Part shown: positions 52,849 to 62,157 of the stretch, one piece after another | Layout: each line of letters begins with the position of its first letter | Numbering within the stretch: the first letter of the stretch is position 1 | Source: a virus | Length of the DNA stretch: 64,000 bases | Reading direction: 5' to 3' (one strand) | IMG/VR virus record: IMGVR_UViG_3300023240_000010 | Program-made: the position numbers and the translations under genes | The notes under the pieces: model-generated | Database searches by the model: none | Told to the model about the DNA's origin: nothing | Seen by the model: only the letters and a program-made list of their open reading frames with translations

Positions 52849-53473
52849 TTTTTATCTCTATAATATAACTATCAGGAACACCGCTCGTATATCGACAATC
52901 GTATTCTACGTATCCTTCGGGCAATGCCTCGAGGAACATGTCATAGAATACTGGACTGTATACTGCTTTCTGTAACCAAGGATTCATCGATTCATCGAAA
53001 GTCATCTTGTTCATCGGCCAAACATCTTCAATTAAGAAACTGCCGCCCTTTGCTGTATACTCCCATAGGTTCTCGAAAGTCTTTTTGTTTGCACTGGGTG
53101 TATGTAAACCATCATCAATGATAAAGTCAAACGTAATATCTTTGCCCCATGCCGCTTCAATATGACCTTGTATCCTAGGATCTGTACTGTCTGCTTTGAT
53201 GTAGTGGCACCGATCGTCCTGTAGTGCAGGAACGTCTTCGGGTTGTACACGAGTAAATATGTCAATGCCATAGACTTGTGCATTTGGAAAATAATCTAAC
53301 CACGATTGATGACTCGTTCCTTTCCAAATACCTACCTCTAATATCTTAATAGGTTCGTTCCGACGCGATTCGAATACTGACTCATACACTGTGTGATAGT
53401 GGTGTGGGTATTTACCAGTAACGCCTTTATCACTGCCGTTCTTTTTAAAGATGTCTTTCATGTTCGTGTTCAT
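52841..53473 (-). CDS. Class I SAM-dependent methyltransferase (sugar O-methyltransferase-like)
   Basis: GSDK...HHY..VY, KILEVGI.KG.S..SW..YFP.A.VYGIDI, FDFIIDDGLH, GG..LIED. Confidence 0.85.
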   Translation of the reverse strand: MNTNMKDIFKKNGSDKGVTGKYPHHYHTVYESVFESRRNEPIKILEVGIWKGTSHQSWLDYFPNAQVYGIDIFTRVQPEDVPALQDDRCHYIKADSTDPRIQGHIEAAWGKDITFDFIIDDGLHTPSANKKTFENLWEYTAKGGSFLIEDVWPMNKMTFDESMNPWLQKAVYSPVFYDMFLEALPEGYVEYDCRYTSGVPDSYIIEIKND

Positions 53474-54174
53474 GTCAGTCTCGCTGATTTAATATCGTTC
53501 GGACAGAGTACGCTCTGCGGAACTTGTAAGTGTATGTTACCTGTACCAATATGATCTTCACGTAATCTATCAGCAAATCCTATACCTTCTACATTTATAT
53601 AGTCAATCATTCGCTGTGCTGCCACGGGACCTATTATGTAACCACTAGTGCCGTTTGTGCCTGAAAGAGGATGAGAAATGACACCGCGCTCTCCAGTCCA
53701 GTCGCGATATGGTTTCTGTGTCGTACCGAACTTTCTCATCTTATTAGCACGACCACAACCCTTTAGCATAGCAGGTGTAAGTTGTGTTGCTGAATGAGAT
53801 GATATTTGAATGATCGATTCGTTTATATTGGTAGGTAATTCTGTAGGCAGAGGAGCGACAAAAAACGCATCGTGTTCTAGTATAGCAATTGGTTCATTCA
53901 ATTCAACACACTTCTTATACAACATATAGTGAGTAGTGCCGTTTGCTACTCTAGTCTGTGGCGCGAACTTCTTAACAAAGTCTGTGTGTTGACCAGGTAT
54001 TGGCGTCCACTTTACTTTGATGTCATGCTCTTTCCAAACTTCTTTTAAGTCAGAGAAGTGTATGCAGGGATATGATATAAGATCGATGTCGTGCTTCTTA
54101 GCAGAATCTTTACACCTTTGCAATCCCTGCTTAGATCGAGGATCCTTCTCAGTGTAAATACAATAGACTTTCAT
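53470..54174 (-). CDS. GT25-like glycosyltransferase
   Basis: THY.LYKKCVELNEPIAILEHDA, GTSGYIIGP.AA..M, FAD. Confidence 0.72.
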   Translation of the reverse strand: MKVYCIYTEKDPRSKQGLQRCKDSAKKHDIDLISYPCIHFSDLKEVWKEHDIKVKWTPIPGQHTDFVKKFAPQTRVANGTTHYMLYKKCVELNEPIAILEHDAFFVAPLPTELPTNINESIIQISSHSATQLTPAMLKGCGRANKMRKFGTTQKPYRDWTGERGVISHPLSGTNGTSGYIIGPVAAQRMIDYINVEGIGFADRLREDHIGTGNIHLQVPQSVLCPNDIKSARLT

Positions 54175-54653
54175 TAATAGTTCTCTATGTAATCAGAACA
54201 TACACCAGCAAACAGAGATACATCTTGTTTGTTCAGTTCTGGTAAGTTGCATATACTAATACAATCAGCAGAATTGTAAATGTCTGTTGGTTTATATTCG
54301 CGAACAGAACTACCTGGATATGCCCAGATCCAATTAGAACTTGTTAAAGTATATGAATCACTCTCGTGGAAATAATAGTGCCAGTCTTCAAGCGAACATG
54401 AGAAGAATTGTAATGATATAACATCTTTACAGTGAATGACGATTTCATTCTTTCTTGCTCTCAACCATTCAATATTGACTTCAGTTCTATCGGACAACTT
54501 ACATTCATTGGTCATATACAATCTATGACCATTCTTCCATATATCCAATTCAACCACATATCCTAATGCGATTGCTTCATCAATATACTCTGAGGTGTTC
54601 TCGCGACCAGGATTAGGTCCACTTACATTACCACGGTGTGATATCTTAATCAT
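54174..54653 (-). CDS. GDPD/PLC-like phosphodiesterase-fold protein
   Basis: ISHRGN..GP..ENT..YIDEAI..GY.VELDIW, IHCK, YFHESD.YTLTS..WIWAYPG, GVCSD. Confidence 0.75.
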   Translation of the reverse strand: MIKISHRGNVSGPNPGRENTSEYIDEAIALGYVVELDIWKNGHRLYMTNECKLSDRTEVNIEWLRARKNEIVIHCKDVISLQFFSCSLEDWHYYFHESDSYTLTSSNWIWAYPGSSVREYKPTDIYNSADCISICNLPELNKQDVSLFAGVCSDYIENY

Positions 54654-55188
54654 GTGCTCTATACCAACTAACTAATACTGTTCTGTAACCGCGTTCAACT
54701 TGACAAACGCCATGCTTAATTGCATTGTCATAGATGATCGAGTCACCCAGGGTCATTCTAGCGATAATAGGAATGAGTGACGTACCAATTGGTGCTTCTC
54801 CCATCTTACCACGTTTTGCATACTTATGTTTAGGTCTAGCACTTTTAACATAACGATCAAGCACCAGTGTTTCACCACCTACTAGATCCATATCCTCAAG
54901 CAATGTTACGACAGTCAACTTTACTACGCCGTCATCATCTGTATGCAGACTAGTGAATGCTTCTGGTGTATACTTAACAAAATAATGAGACATAGGAGTT
55001 AAGTCCATATACTCATTTAGTTTTTGTAACAGAGGATGTGTAGCAGAGTTTGGAATAATACGTTTATCAACATCATAGAGATTATAATCTTGATGTGCTA
55101 AACTCTCTTCACAGGAATGGAATAGATGTCTCAAATGATATATATCATCATTGGTAAAGATTCTTTCTATTTTAAATGCGTTGTACAT
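54646..55188 (-). CDS. Fe(II)/2OG oxygenase
   Basis: Y...AFTSLHTD (HxD), GGET, GDSIIY...KHGV..V..G.R.VLVSW. Confidence 0.85.
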   Translation of the reverse strand: MYNAFKIERIFTNDDIYHLRHLFHSCEESLAHQDYNLYDVDKRIIPNSATHPLLQKLNEYMDLTPMSHYFVKYTPEAFTSLHTDDDGVVKLTVVTLLEDMDLVGGETLVLDRYVKSARPKHKYAKRGKMGEAPIGTSLIPIIARMTLGDSIIYDNAIKHGVCQVERGYRTVLVSWYRAHD

Positions 55189-55772
55189 TATTTAACTCTA
55201 ATCGCTAATCCAGTGTAGACTCCAGTACTATTATACACCGTTGAGAGGTTTAAGTCAAGAGGAATATAGTTATTCTCTATAAAGAATTGACTCCACTCGT
55301 CCTTAGTCCACTTAATAAGATGTGTAGGATCAGCACGAGATACGTCAAGATAGTAATCTTCGCCTGTCGCGGCAGGTACAGGCATACGAAATATGATTGT
55401 TTCTGCTTTAATAAGATTGAAGAATAGATCGAGTTCATCAACAGGCATATGCTCAAATACATCCATAGCAAATACAACACCGTGATTCTTGTGCCATTCT
55501 ACTTCTGATAATGCAGTAAGTCCTTTCTCTTTACATACTTCACGAGCATATTCAGAGATGTCAACACCGTACATTGAAGTATTAGGAGAAAGATTCTTTA
55601 GACCTTGAAGTAAGAATCCTACAGCACAACCGAAGTCGAGAAAGGGTCCATGATCTAAATTCATTGTCTTTAAGTGTGCCAGCAACTCTGCGGCAGTTTG
55701 TTGGTAACGATCACCTCTTTCGAGATAGTTCGTATAGTTGTTTGTTTCGTAGTACGTTTTGTCAAATGCCAC
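55188..55772 (-). CDS. Class I SAM-dependent methyltransferase
   Basis: FLDFGCAVGFLL, YGVDISEYA, DVFEHM, DPTH. Confidence 0.88.
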   Translation of the reverse strand: MAFDKTYYETNNYTNYLERGDRYQQTAAELLAHLKTMNLDHGPFLDFGCAVGFLLQGLKNLSPNTSMYGVDISEYAREVCKEKGLTALSEVEWHKNHGVVFAMDVFEHMPVDELDLFFNLIKAETIIFRMPVPAATGEDYYLDVSRADPTHLIKWTKDEWSQFFIENNYIPLDLNLSTVYNSTGVYTGLAIRVK

Positions 55773-55780
55773 ATCATCAC

Positions 55781-55909
55781 CTATTGTATAGTTACTAGTT
55801 TCTTACACTCTCGGAGTCTTCTTATTGAGGAGAGTACTCCGTAAAGATCATCTTCGCCATCAACACTCATTGATAACCAGACAATCAACATCATTCGCAA
55901 AATTAACAT
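55781..55909 (-). CDS. Possible 42-aa peptide (not in the ORF track)
   Basis: MLILRMMLIVWLSMSVDGEDDLYGVLSSIRRLRECKKLVTIQ* fills the only gap in an otherwise tightly coupled operon. Confidence 0.35.
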   Translation of the reverse strand: MLILRMMLIVWLSMSVDGEDDLYGVLSSIRRLRECKKLVTIQ

Positions 55910-55923
55910 CCCTGTTTCATGTC

Positions 55924-57027
55924 TCACGGAAAGTTAGGGTCTTCCATTGGTTGCGCTACTGTATGTAGTAGTTTGTTATTGTTATAGTAGAAGCACTTCA
56001 CGCATGACTTGTCCCAGTCATCACCACAGTTACCACGTACTTCATACGGGTTGCCTGTCTTTGCGTACAGTAGATTCGCCTTGTTCCATATTGCTTTGAT
56101 GTCTTTAATGTCACCAAGAGAATAGTCCAAATCATAGATTCGATTCTCTAGCACATGACTTGTGCAGATATAGACTTGATATGAACCGCCGTCAGGATGT
56201 GGTGCAATGTATGGGCGAACTAGTCCTACGTAACAACCGTCAGAGAACGGTTTATCTTGATCCCATATCTCTTTGATAAAGAACTTGTCATGCTTGTCAA
56301 GTGCATCAATGATATCACCGAATCTACCACGTATCTCTGTGTTGTGTCCTGACAATAAACAGTTGCCTGCAATACGACAGAACTTAACACCAGGGTTCAA
56401 CTCAATCAGTTTAGCAATACGTTCAATGCTTTCTACTGTAGTGCCTTGATAAGGTTTGTTCGTGCGAGATAATACATCAGGTCCATCGCCTGTGCTATCG
56501 TAGATTATGTAACTGAATCCTAACTTGCTGTGAGGGAATGATCCGAAATCATACTTCTCTGGTGGAGTTCGCTCGTCTAACTTAATCAGTGAGATACGAA
56601 TCCAGTTAATCATTGGATACACTTCTGGATCCAGATGACGTTCAAGTTTCTCTGTGTTAGTAATAATACCAACATCAAATCCACATTCGTTACAGAACTT
56701 AATTACATCGTTGATATTCTTCTTGGTCTCTTTATCGCGATACAGTAATGGATTACCACCACCGGTTATCTCAATACTCTTAGCACCCAAATCTTTAAAG
56801 TCAAGCAGAAGTTGTTTCACTTGCTCCCACGGAATGTAACTCTTCAGAGGTCGTGCCGCAACAGAGCAGAACGGACAATCACTATCGCACATCTCACATA
56901 GTGACAGTTGAACTGTAACTGGTTTAAACTTATCTTCTATTTGTATGGACGCCAGAAGGTCAGCATGTTGGAGAAGTTTATCTCCCCACGTACTGTATTT
57001 CTGAGTCTTATCTTCGTATGACTTCAT
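55924..57027 (-). CDS. Radical SAM enzyme with a C-terminal SPASM/twitch-like domain
   Basis: CDSDCPFC (CxxxCxxC), ITGGGNPL, C-terminal CY...YIC...C..CFY. Confidence 0.92.
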   Translation of the reverse strand: MKSYEDKTQKYSTWGDKLLQHADLLASIQIEDKFKPVTVQLSLCEMCDSDCPFCSVAARPLKSYIPWEQVKQLLLDFKDLGAKSIEITGGGNPLLYRDKETKKNINDVIKFCNECGFDVGIITNTEKLERHLDPEVYPMINWIRISLIKLDERTPPEKYDFGSFPHSKLGFSYIIYDSTGDGPDVLSRTNKPYQGTTVESIERIAKLIELNPGVKFCRIAGNCLLSGHNTEIRGRFGDIIDALDKHDKFFIKEIWDQDKPFSDGCYVGLVRPYIAPHPDGGSYQVYICTSHVLENRIYDLDYSLGDIKDIKAIWNKANLLYAKTGNPYEVRGNCGDDWDKSCVKCFYYNNNKLLHTVAQPMEDPNFP

Positions 57028-57809
57028 ATGTTTCCTATTAACTCGCTTACATTCTCACCGCCATTCGGCAGTTTATCTTTCAGAAAGAAGTGAACGAAGT
57101 GACATTCAGTTATCTTTGTATTTACAGTATACAGACCATTCCACTTAAAGTCAAGCGATTTAAACGAAACCTTCTCTTTTTTTATGAAATAGTTTAATAG
57201 AGTCTGATCAGTAGACCACTTCCAAGTACCAACGCCATCGACGAATGGTTTAAACTCCATACGATTTAGAAACTGTTTTGCAGTCTGTCCTTTAAGATAT
57301 GGTTTGAACAACTTACTATTCAGTAGAATCAGACCCATGTTAGCGAACTCGAATCCCATTCTATTAGGTTTGAAGTCTACTGCATGAGTGTGTAATCCAC
57401 CGTACTGCATATTAGAATAGTTTAGTATCTTATTCTCATACTCTCTAGTGATAGGCATCTCTCGCTCAATGACTGCACCGAACGCATGATCTGTTCCGAA
57501 ATCATCAAATATATTAGGAGCATCTTCACGTATGAATATGTCAGCATCAACTATAGCAATCTGGTCATAAGAATCGAGAAGATCAAAAGCATTCTCTTTC
57601 TCATAGATAGGTAGAAAACCACCATGCTTACTGTATGACTCAGTGCTACGACCCGTAGCAAAGATGTCGGGTTTGATTCTAAGTTTAGGAGTTGTCTGTA
57701 CGATATGTTCTATACCATGACGTTCACAATATAAGGAAACTGTCTCTATACATGTTGCATATAACTTAGAGGGTTTACCTACTGCTACTTGATATATTAA
57801 TCTTTTCAT
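57024..57809 (-). CDS. GT8-like glycosyltransferase
   Basis: YC.RHGI.H, PIYEK, YDQIAIVDADI, NMGLIL, TDQTLLNY, KWNGLY, FVHFF. Confidence 0.82.
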   Translation of the reverse strand: MKRLIYQVAVGKPSKLYATCIETVSLYCERHGIEHIVQTTPKLRIKPDIFATGRSTESYSKHGGFLPIYEKENAFDLLDSYDQIAIVDADIFIREDAPNIFDDFGTDHAFGAVIEREMPITREYENKILNYSNMQYGGLHTHAVDFKPNRMGFEFANMGLILLNSKLFKPYLKGQTAKQFLNRMEFKPFVDGVGTWKWSTDQTLLNYFIKKEKVSFKSLDFKWNGLYTVNTKITECHFVHFFLKDKLPNGGENVSELIGNI

Positions 57810-58387
57810 TTTCTATGCTCTACTGTCACACCAACTTCTTTGTCTTGTACTTGTATAGTTGTCATCATGAACCACTTGCCGTACTTATCGCATTGCTTGT
57901 GTATCCAAGCGTCTGAGTTATAATCAACGGAACCTTTTCTGTGATCTTTGATTGAACATAATCTCTTAGCGCCTTCGGGCGTAATATAATATGCACCACC
58001 CGCGAGTTTAGCATGATCACCATTTCTTCGTGTGACATGAGACAAGCAGGCAATAGGATGATTGAATACATCAGGATCAATGTCTCGCTCTAATAAAATA
58101 TCATGCTCTGCTACGATGATAGGTATGTTCAATTGACGGCATAGCATCCAAGCATAGTAATGACTGTACCATACTGCAACTTCTGTGTCAGTAAACCCAA
58201 GCAATTTACCACCTCGACGCTTATCGCCTAGAGGCAAGTCAATCGCTCCCACACAATCTTCGGGCACGTATGCCTCGAAGTGTCTGACTGTCCAGTCACG
58301 TTCTTCCCACGAAGGTTTAACTAGATCACGATAATGCTCTGATATAGAATTGCCAGAAATAGTAATCATATGTACTTCAGGTTTCAT
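57806..58387 (-). CDS. GT25-like glycosyltransferase
   Basis: MITI, FEAY.P, AVWYSHY.AW..C, IVAEHD, GAYYITPEGAKRL, NSD. Confidence 0.72.
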   Translation of the reverse strand: MKPEVHMITISGNSISEHYRDLVKPSWEERDWTVRHFEAYVPEDCVGAIDLPLGDKRRGGKLLGFTDTEVAVWYSHYYAWMLCRQLNIPIIVAEHDILLERDIDPDVFNHPIACLSHVTRRNGDHAKLAGGAYYITPEGAKRLCSIKDHRKGSVDYNSDAWIHKQCDKYGKWFMMTTIQVQDKEVGVTVEHRK

Positions 58388-59352
58388 CGGTAGTCATCCA
58401 GACTAAACTCAGTGCCGTACATCTTGTGTAGATCACGCTCATGGTTACTATAGACTAGAACTTCGGGATCGTCGAGTAAGAAGTCACACGACTTACAGTA
58501 ATCTGGATAGTCGCCTGTAGTATGATTGTCTCTCAACTCAGTGTAAGCAGGTCCATCCCAAATCTCTTCGATAGTATTCTCAGAACAATGACCGAGAACT
58601 GCTTCTTCGTCGCGACCTAATACTTGACAGCAAGGAGCAACTGCGCCTCTTCTACCATCTAAACCACCAGCACGAATCACTACGTCAGGAGAGAATGGTC
58701 GACCACATGTTTTAACATTACCCTTTCGAGCATTAACCTCTAACTCATATACACCTGACCAGTTATGCATCTTCCAGATTTCAGTCTTAACATCTAACTC
58801 TTCAACGATTGCTTTATACTCAGCAAGTTCGGCATCGTAGTTGTCGTTGTCAGTGATAAGATGATACGTTGCTACTGTACATGTAGAACCCGATGACTTA
58901 ACATAGTCGCGCATCTCGCGGATGTTCTTCTTGATAAACTCGTAGTTAGATCCGCGAGTGTTATACATCCACTCATCATACTTTGCTGGATTAGAACCGA
59001 TGAACGAGAATCTAAAGAAGTCAAGTCCTGCGTCCACACAGTCTCGCATGAACTGACCATGCATCTTAAAACCGTTAGAGAAGATAACGCACTCGGCATT
59101 GTATCTCTTAACAATTTTAATATATTCAGGAAGTGTTCGTAGAATTGTCGCTTCGCCCGAACCATCAAGATTAACTACACGTAAACCATGCTGTGCGCAA
59201 TCTCTTACGTAGTCCTCAAACTCTAATAGATTCATCTTACGGAGAAAGTCTTTGTGTCGCCCGCCCTGTTCGTTGCGCTTGTCTTGTGGACACATGGTGC
59301 AGGAGAAGTTACATGCACCTTCGATTTCAATTACTGCTCTATCGATTTTCAT
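58384..59352 (-). CDS. Radical SAM enzyme with a SPASM/twitch domain
   Basis: CNFSCTMC, L.GSGE, SNG, CGRPF...PCC...LG...TIEEIW.G..Y..LR..H...CKSC. Confidence 0.93.
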   Translation of the reverse strand: MKIDRAVIEIEGACNFSCTMCPQDKRNEQGGRHKDFLRKMNLLEFEDYVRDCAQHGLRVVNLDGSGEATILRTLPEYIKIVKRYNAECVIFSNGFKMHGQFMRDCVDAGLDFFRFSFIGSNPAKYDEWMYNTRGSNYEFIKKNIREMRDYVKSSGSTCTVATYHLITDNDNYDAELAEYKAIVEELDVKTEIWKMHNWSGVYELEVNARKGNVKTCGRPFSPDVVIRAGGLDGRRGAVAPCCQVLGRDEEAVLGHCSENTIEEIWDGPAYTELRDNHTTGDYPDYCKSCDFLLDDPEVLVYSNHERDLHKMYGTEFSLDDYR

Positions 59353-59397
59353 ATTAATTCACTTTATTACGTTATAGACTACTATGTATAGTATACA

Positions 59398-60285
59398 CTA
59401 AATGTCTTCGACTTGCAACTCATTTAGAATAAAATTTCTATATTTCTCTGCGCGTCGATCCATGTGCATCTGATTACCTTTATCTAAACCTTCAAGATAA
59501 GAGAAAACTGTGCCACCGGCGGCATCAGGTTTAGGTAACTTGAAGTTGACACCCTGTGGATTGTGTATGTGAATGATACCATTGTCGCCTAATGCTACAA
59601 CAGGTTTACATAAGTTCTTCGCAATGTACTGCCACATGCCATCATAGAATATACCAAATCGACAAGTGTTGATATGATAGAATGCTTCTCTTACGGGGGT
59701 GCGATATGACAACTCAATAAGTTCATAACCTTTGGCGCGTAGTATGTCGAGTATTCTTTCCCAGTCTTCGGGTTGAAATGTTCGTTTCCACCCACGTGGG
59801 ATCTCTGCATTAAGTACGAACGGTCTCCAGAATACCACCTTCTTGCTTTCACTTGAATCGTGCCAGCAATCGCGTCTGAACATCCATGACGGGATACCAT
59901 CTAGCACATCTCTCGCACCCGACTTACGTTGTAGTCCTCTATGACGTAGACGTTCAATCTCATTGTCAGTGGAGTTAAAGATATGATTAATCTTTACGGA
60001 TTCTTTATCGTGATAGAACGAGTGAATGTAATCAGTCCGTTCAATGATAGTTTCGGGATCTTCGAAGTGGTGGAGATGGTCTTCGCCATGTGTCCAATGC
60101 ACATTCATCGTAGTGAACGGAATATCACGTCCAGACTTTCTTGCTAGATGTGTGAGCATATGCACAGCATTAAGACCAAAGAGTATGTCGCCGACACCAA
60201 TAGTGCCTCTCCAATCTACAGTATTAGTATCTGTAAAAAGAAATGTAAAACCTTTCCATGGATCGACATACTCTTGTAAGGGCAT
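59398..60285 (-). CDS. Putative GT-B (GT9-like) glycosyltransferase
   Basis: G.GD.L near the N-terminus; WKR....W; I..CRFGIFYDGMW.YIA..L.KPVVALG resembles the GT9 C-terminal motif. Confidence 0.55.
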   Translation of the reverse strand: MPLQEYVDPWKGFTFLFTDTNTVDWRGTIGVGDILFGLNAVHMLTHLARKSGRDIPFTTMNVHWTHGEDHLHHFEDPETIIERTDYIHSFYHDKESVKINHIFNSTDNEIERLRHRGLQRKSGARDVLDGIPSWMFRRDCWHDSSESKKVVFWRPFVLNAEIPRGWKRTFQPEDWERILDILRAKGYELIELSYRTPVREAFYHINTCRFGIFYDGMWQYIAKNLCKPVVALGDNGIIHIHNPQGVNFKLPKPDAAGGTVFSYLEGLDKGNQMHMDRRAEKYRNFILNELQVEDI

Positions 60286-60434
60286 TACTTCTGTTCACGC
60301 TTCTCTGGCATTTCGGTTGCTCTCTTATCAAGCGAGTTAATAAAGTTCATAGCATCTTGTGGACTTCGAACTTTCTTACCCTCTTTCTGCTCCTTCTTCT
60401 TATTACGCGGGTCAAATCGACCGTACTTTGCCAT
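60285..60434 (-). CDS. Small basic hypothetical protein (49 aa; not in the ORF track)
   Basis: MAKYGRFDPRNKKKEQKEGKKVRSPQDAMNFINSLDKRATEMPEKREQK*; TAATG overlap with the next gene. Confidence 0.7.
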   Translation of the reverse strand: MAKYGRFDPRNKKKEQKEGKKVRSPQDAMNFINSLDKRATEMPEKREQK

Positions 60435-60439
60435 TACTA

Positions 60440-60886
60440 TTATCCTAGTGCTTCCAATCTAACCATCAGACGCTCGGCACGATTGCCTACTTGTCTGTAC
60501 CATAGACTATCACGACCTTCTACTGCCGCTCGTGCAAAGTCTTTATCTTTAAGTGCTGCCCTGAAGTTCTTGAACTTACTCAGTCGAGTACGACCTAAGT
60601 TGAACATCATGTTAATGCAGATTTCTTGTACTTCTGGTTGCCACAACATGAATCCGTTACCGAATAGTGCAACACACTCTATCTCTGCTAACTCACTGTC
60701 ATATTTAAACGCTTCAGCAACACGTTCTTCTGAGATAGGAGTGCCTTCTTCGAATCCATATTCGGGGTCATCTTTTAAAATTAAGTGACCTACACCAAAT
60801 GTTGGATAACCAAGATGATCCTTGTACACTTCGTACTTGATACCTTCGTCGATTTTTAATTGTTCAAATAAATTTGTTCTATTCAT
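60440..60886 (-). CDS. T4-type lysozyme (GH24)
   Basis: LKIDEG...VYKDHLGYPTFGVGHL (E/D/T triad), NMMFNLG, DSLWY.QV.NRA.RL. Confidence 0.95.
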   Translation of the reverse strand: MNRTNLFEQLKIDEGIKYEVYKDHLGYPTFGVGHLILKDDPEYGFEEGTPISEERVAEAFKYDSELAEIECVALFGNGFMLWQPEVQEICINMMFNLGRTRLSKFKNFRAALKDKDFARAAVEGRDSLWYRQVGNRAERLMVRLEALG

Positions 60887-61611
60887 TATGTTATGCCCAT
60901 ATGTTCTTTAGTCATTATATAGTCTCTCACGAAGTCTGACCTTACGATGTCTTTCCAAGTAAATGTAACTATGCTGAAACGTTTCATGTTCTCAAGTATA
61001 CTTAGGAATTTATTAACTCCCTCTTTTTCATTCTTATTCTTGAAATCTGATTGCAGATAATCACCCGCAAATATAATCTTACTGTTTTGTCCGATACGTG
61101 TGATGATAGAATCCAACTCGTGGAAGTTTAAGTTCTGCATCTCATCGACAATAACAATAGAGTTATCGTATGTCACACCACGAATAAATGATGTAGACTC
61201 GAATGTTAATTGGTTGGCGTCAATCAGTTTGTCATACGCTTCACCGTCTCCGAACAACTCAGCACAAGCAGAACGATAAGGTCCTGTGAACGCATCAAGT
61301 TTTTCTTCTAGTGTTCCTGGCAAGAAACCAACATCTCTTGTAGGTACAACTGAGCGAACGATTCTAACTGATTCATATATTGTAGACTTATTCATCATCT
61401 CTTCGAAGGCAAGATATAAAGCAAGAAATGTCTTTCCTGTTCCTGCTGTTCCTACGAGTGCTAGATGATCATCAGACTTATATGCTTCAAACGTATCTCT
61501 CTGCTTATCAGTAAGAGGTTCGATAGTCATCAAGTCACATAGACGAAGTGTTCTTGGTCGACGTGCCGCGGCAGTCGTAATGAATTGACCTTTAGTTTGT
61601 TTTGATTTCAT
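60886..61611 (-). CDS. phoH: PhoH-like ATPase
   Basis: GTAGTGKTFLA, RSVVPTRDVGFLPG, SFIRG.T, VDEMQN, ITRIG..SKIIFAGD..QSD, DIVRS. Confidence 0.96.
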   Translation of the reverse strand: MKSKQTKGQFITTAAARRPRTLRLCDLMTIEPLTDKQRDTFEAYKSDDHLALVGTAGTGKTFLALYLAFEEMMNKSTIYESVRIVRSVVPTRDVGFLPGTLEEKLDAFTGPYRSACAELFGDGEAYDKLIDANQLTFESTSFIRGVTYDNSIVIVDEMQNLNFHELDSIITRIGQNSKIIFAGDYLQSDFKNKNEKEGVNKFLSILENMKRFSIVTFTWKDIVRSDFVRDYIMTKEHMGIT

Positions 61612-61612
61612 A

Positions 61613-61849
61613 TTATACTTTTATAGTATTAGGAATGTGAGTGCCTGCCGCTTTCTGACAGCGCGAGAGATGTTCTTTCCAATCACCAGATGTCTTATTG
61701 ATGATGTTACCTGTATGACTTACTAAAGCAGGCGCACTCATAACTTGTGTGTGAGTACCTTCTGCTACGAATATTTCCATGTTTGCTATAGACATAAACA
61801 TATCTTCAGTTTCACCAGTCTTAATATTTTTCATTGTGTAAATAGGCAT
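61613..61849 (-). CDS. FmdB-like small protein (no Cys ligands)
   Basis: MPIYTMKN.KTGE..D.FMSI; typical position upstream of phoH; start moved to 61849. Confidence 0.7.
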   Translation of the reverse strand: MPIYTMKNIKTGETEDMFMSIANMEIFVAEGTHTQVMSAPALVSHTGNIINKTSGDWKEHLSRCQKAAGTHIPNTIKV

Positions 61850-61986
61850 TATTTGTTTCTTATCCTGTACATTGTTTCTTATAGTATACATTATGTATAG
61901 AAAAGATATGTCTCATCCTTGAGACGCTATCCTAAAACATACGATGAAGTAACTGTAATTACTCCAAAGAGATAGGATCACCCCCC

Positions 61987-62157
61987 TTATTTTGCTATTG
62001 AAGTCTCGAATGAATCTATTATCTGATTGAGAAAAGATTGCCGTTTTGCAATTTTATATGCTTTATCTGGATTTCCTTTCTTATTCAATTTGTGGATATA
62101 GTGTCCAAGTTCTTGAGAATCTTTTCTTAACCTTGCTATCTGATTTCTTTCTACCAT
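61987..62157 (-). CDS. Small hypothetical protein (56 aa; not in the ORF track)
   Basis: GAGG Shine-Dalgarno, then MVERNQIARLRKDSQELGHYIHKLNKKGNPDKAYKIAKRQSFLNQIIDSFETSIAK*. Confidence 0.7.
   Translation of the reverse strand: MVERNQIARLRKDSQELGHYIHKLNKKGNPDKAYKIAKRQSFLNQIIDSFETSIAK

Noticed and set aside
60258-60788. 176-aa plus-strand ORF (and similar antisense ORFs at 48372, 50232 and 41198)
   Set aside because: Each is antisense to a well-supported gene and has no recognisable motifs.
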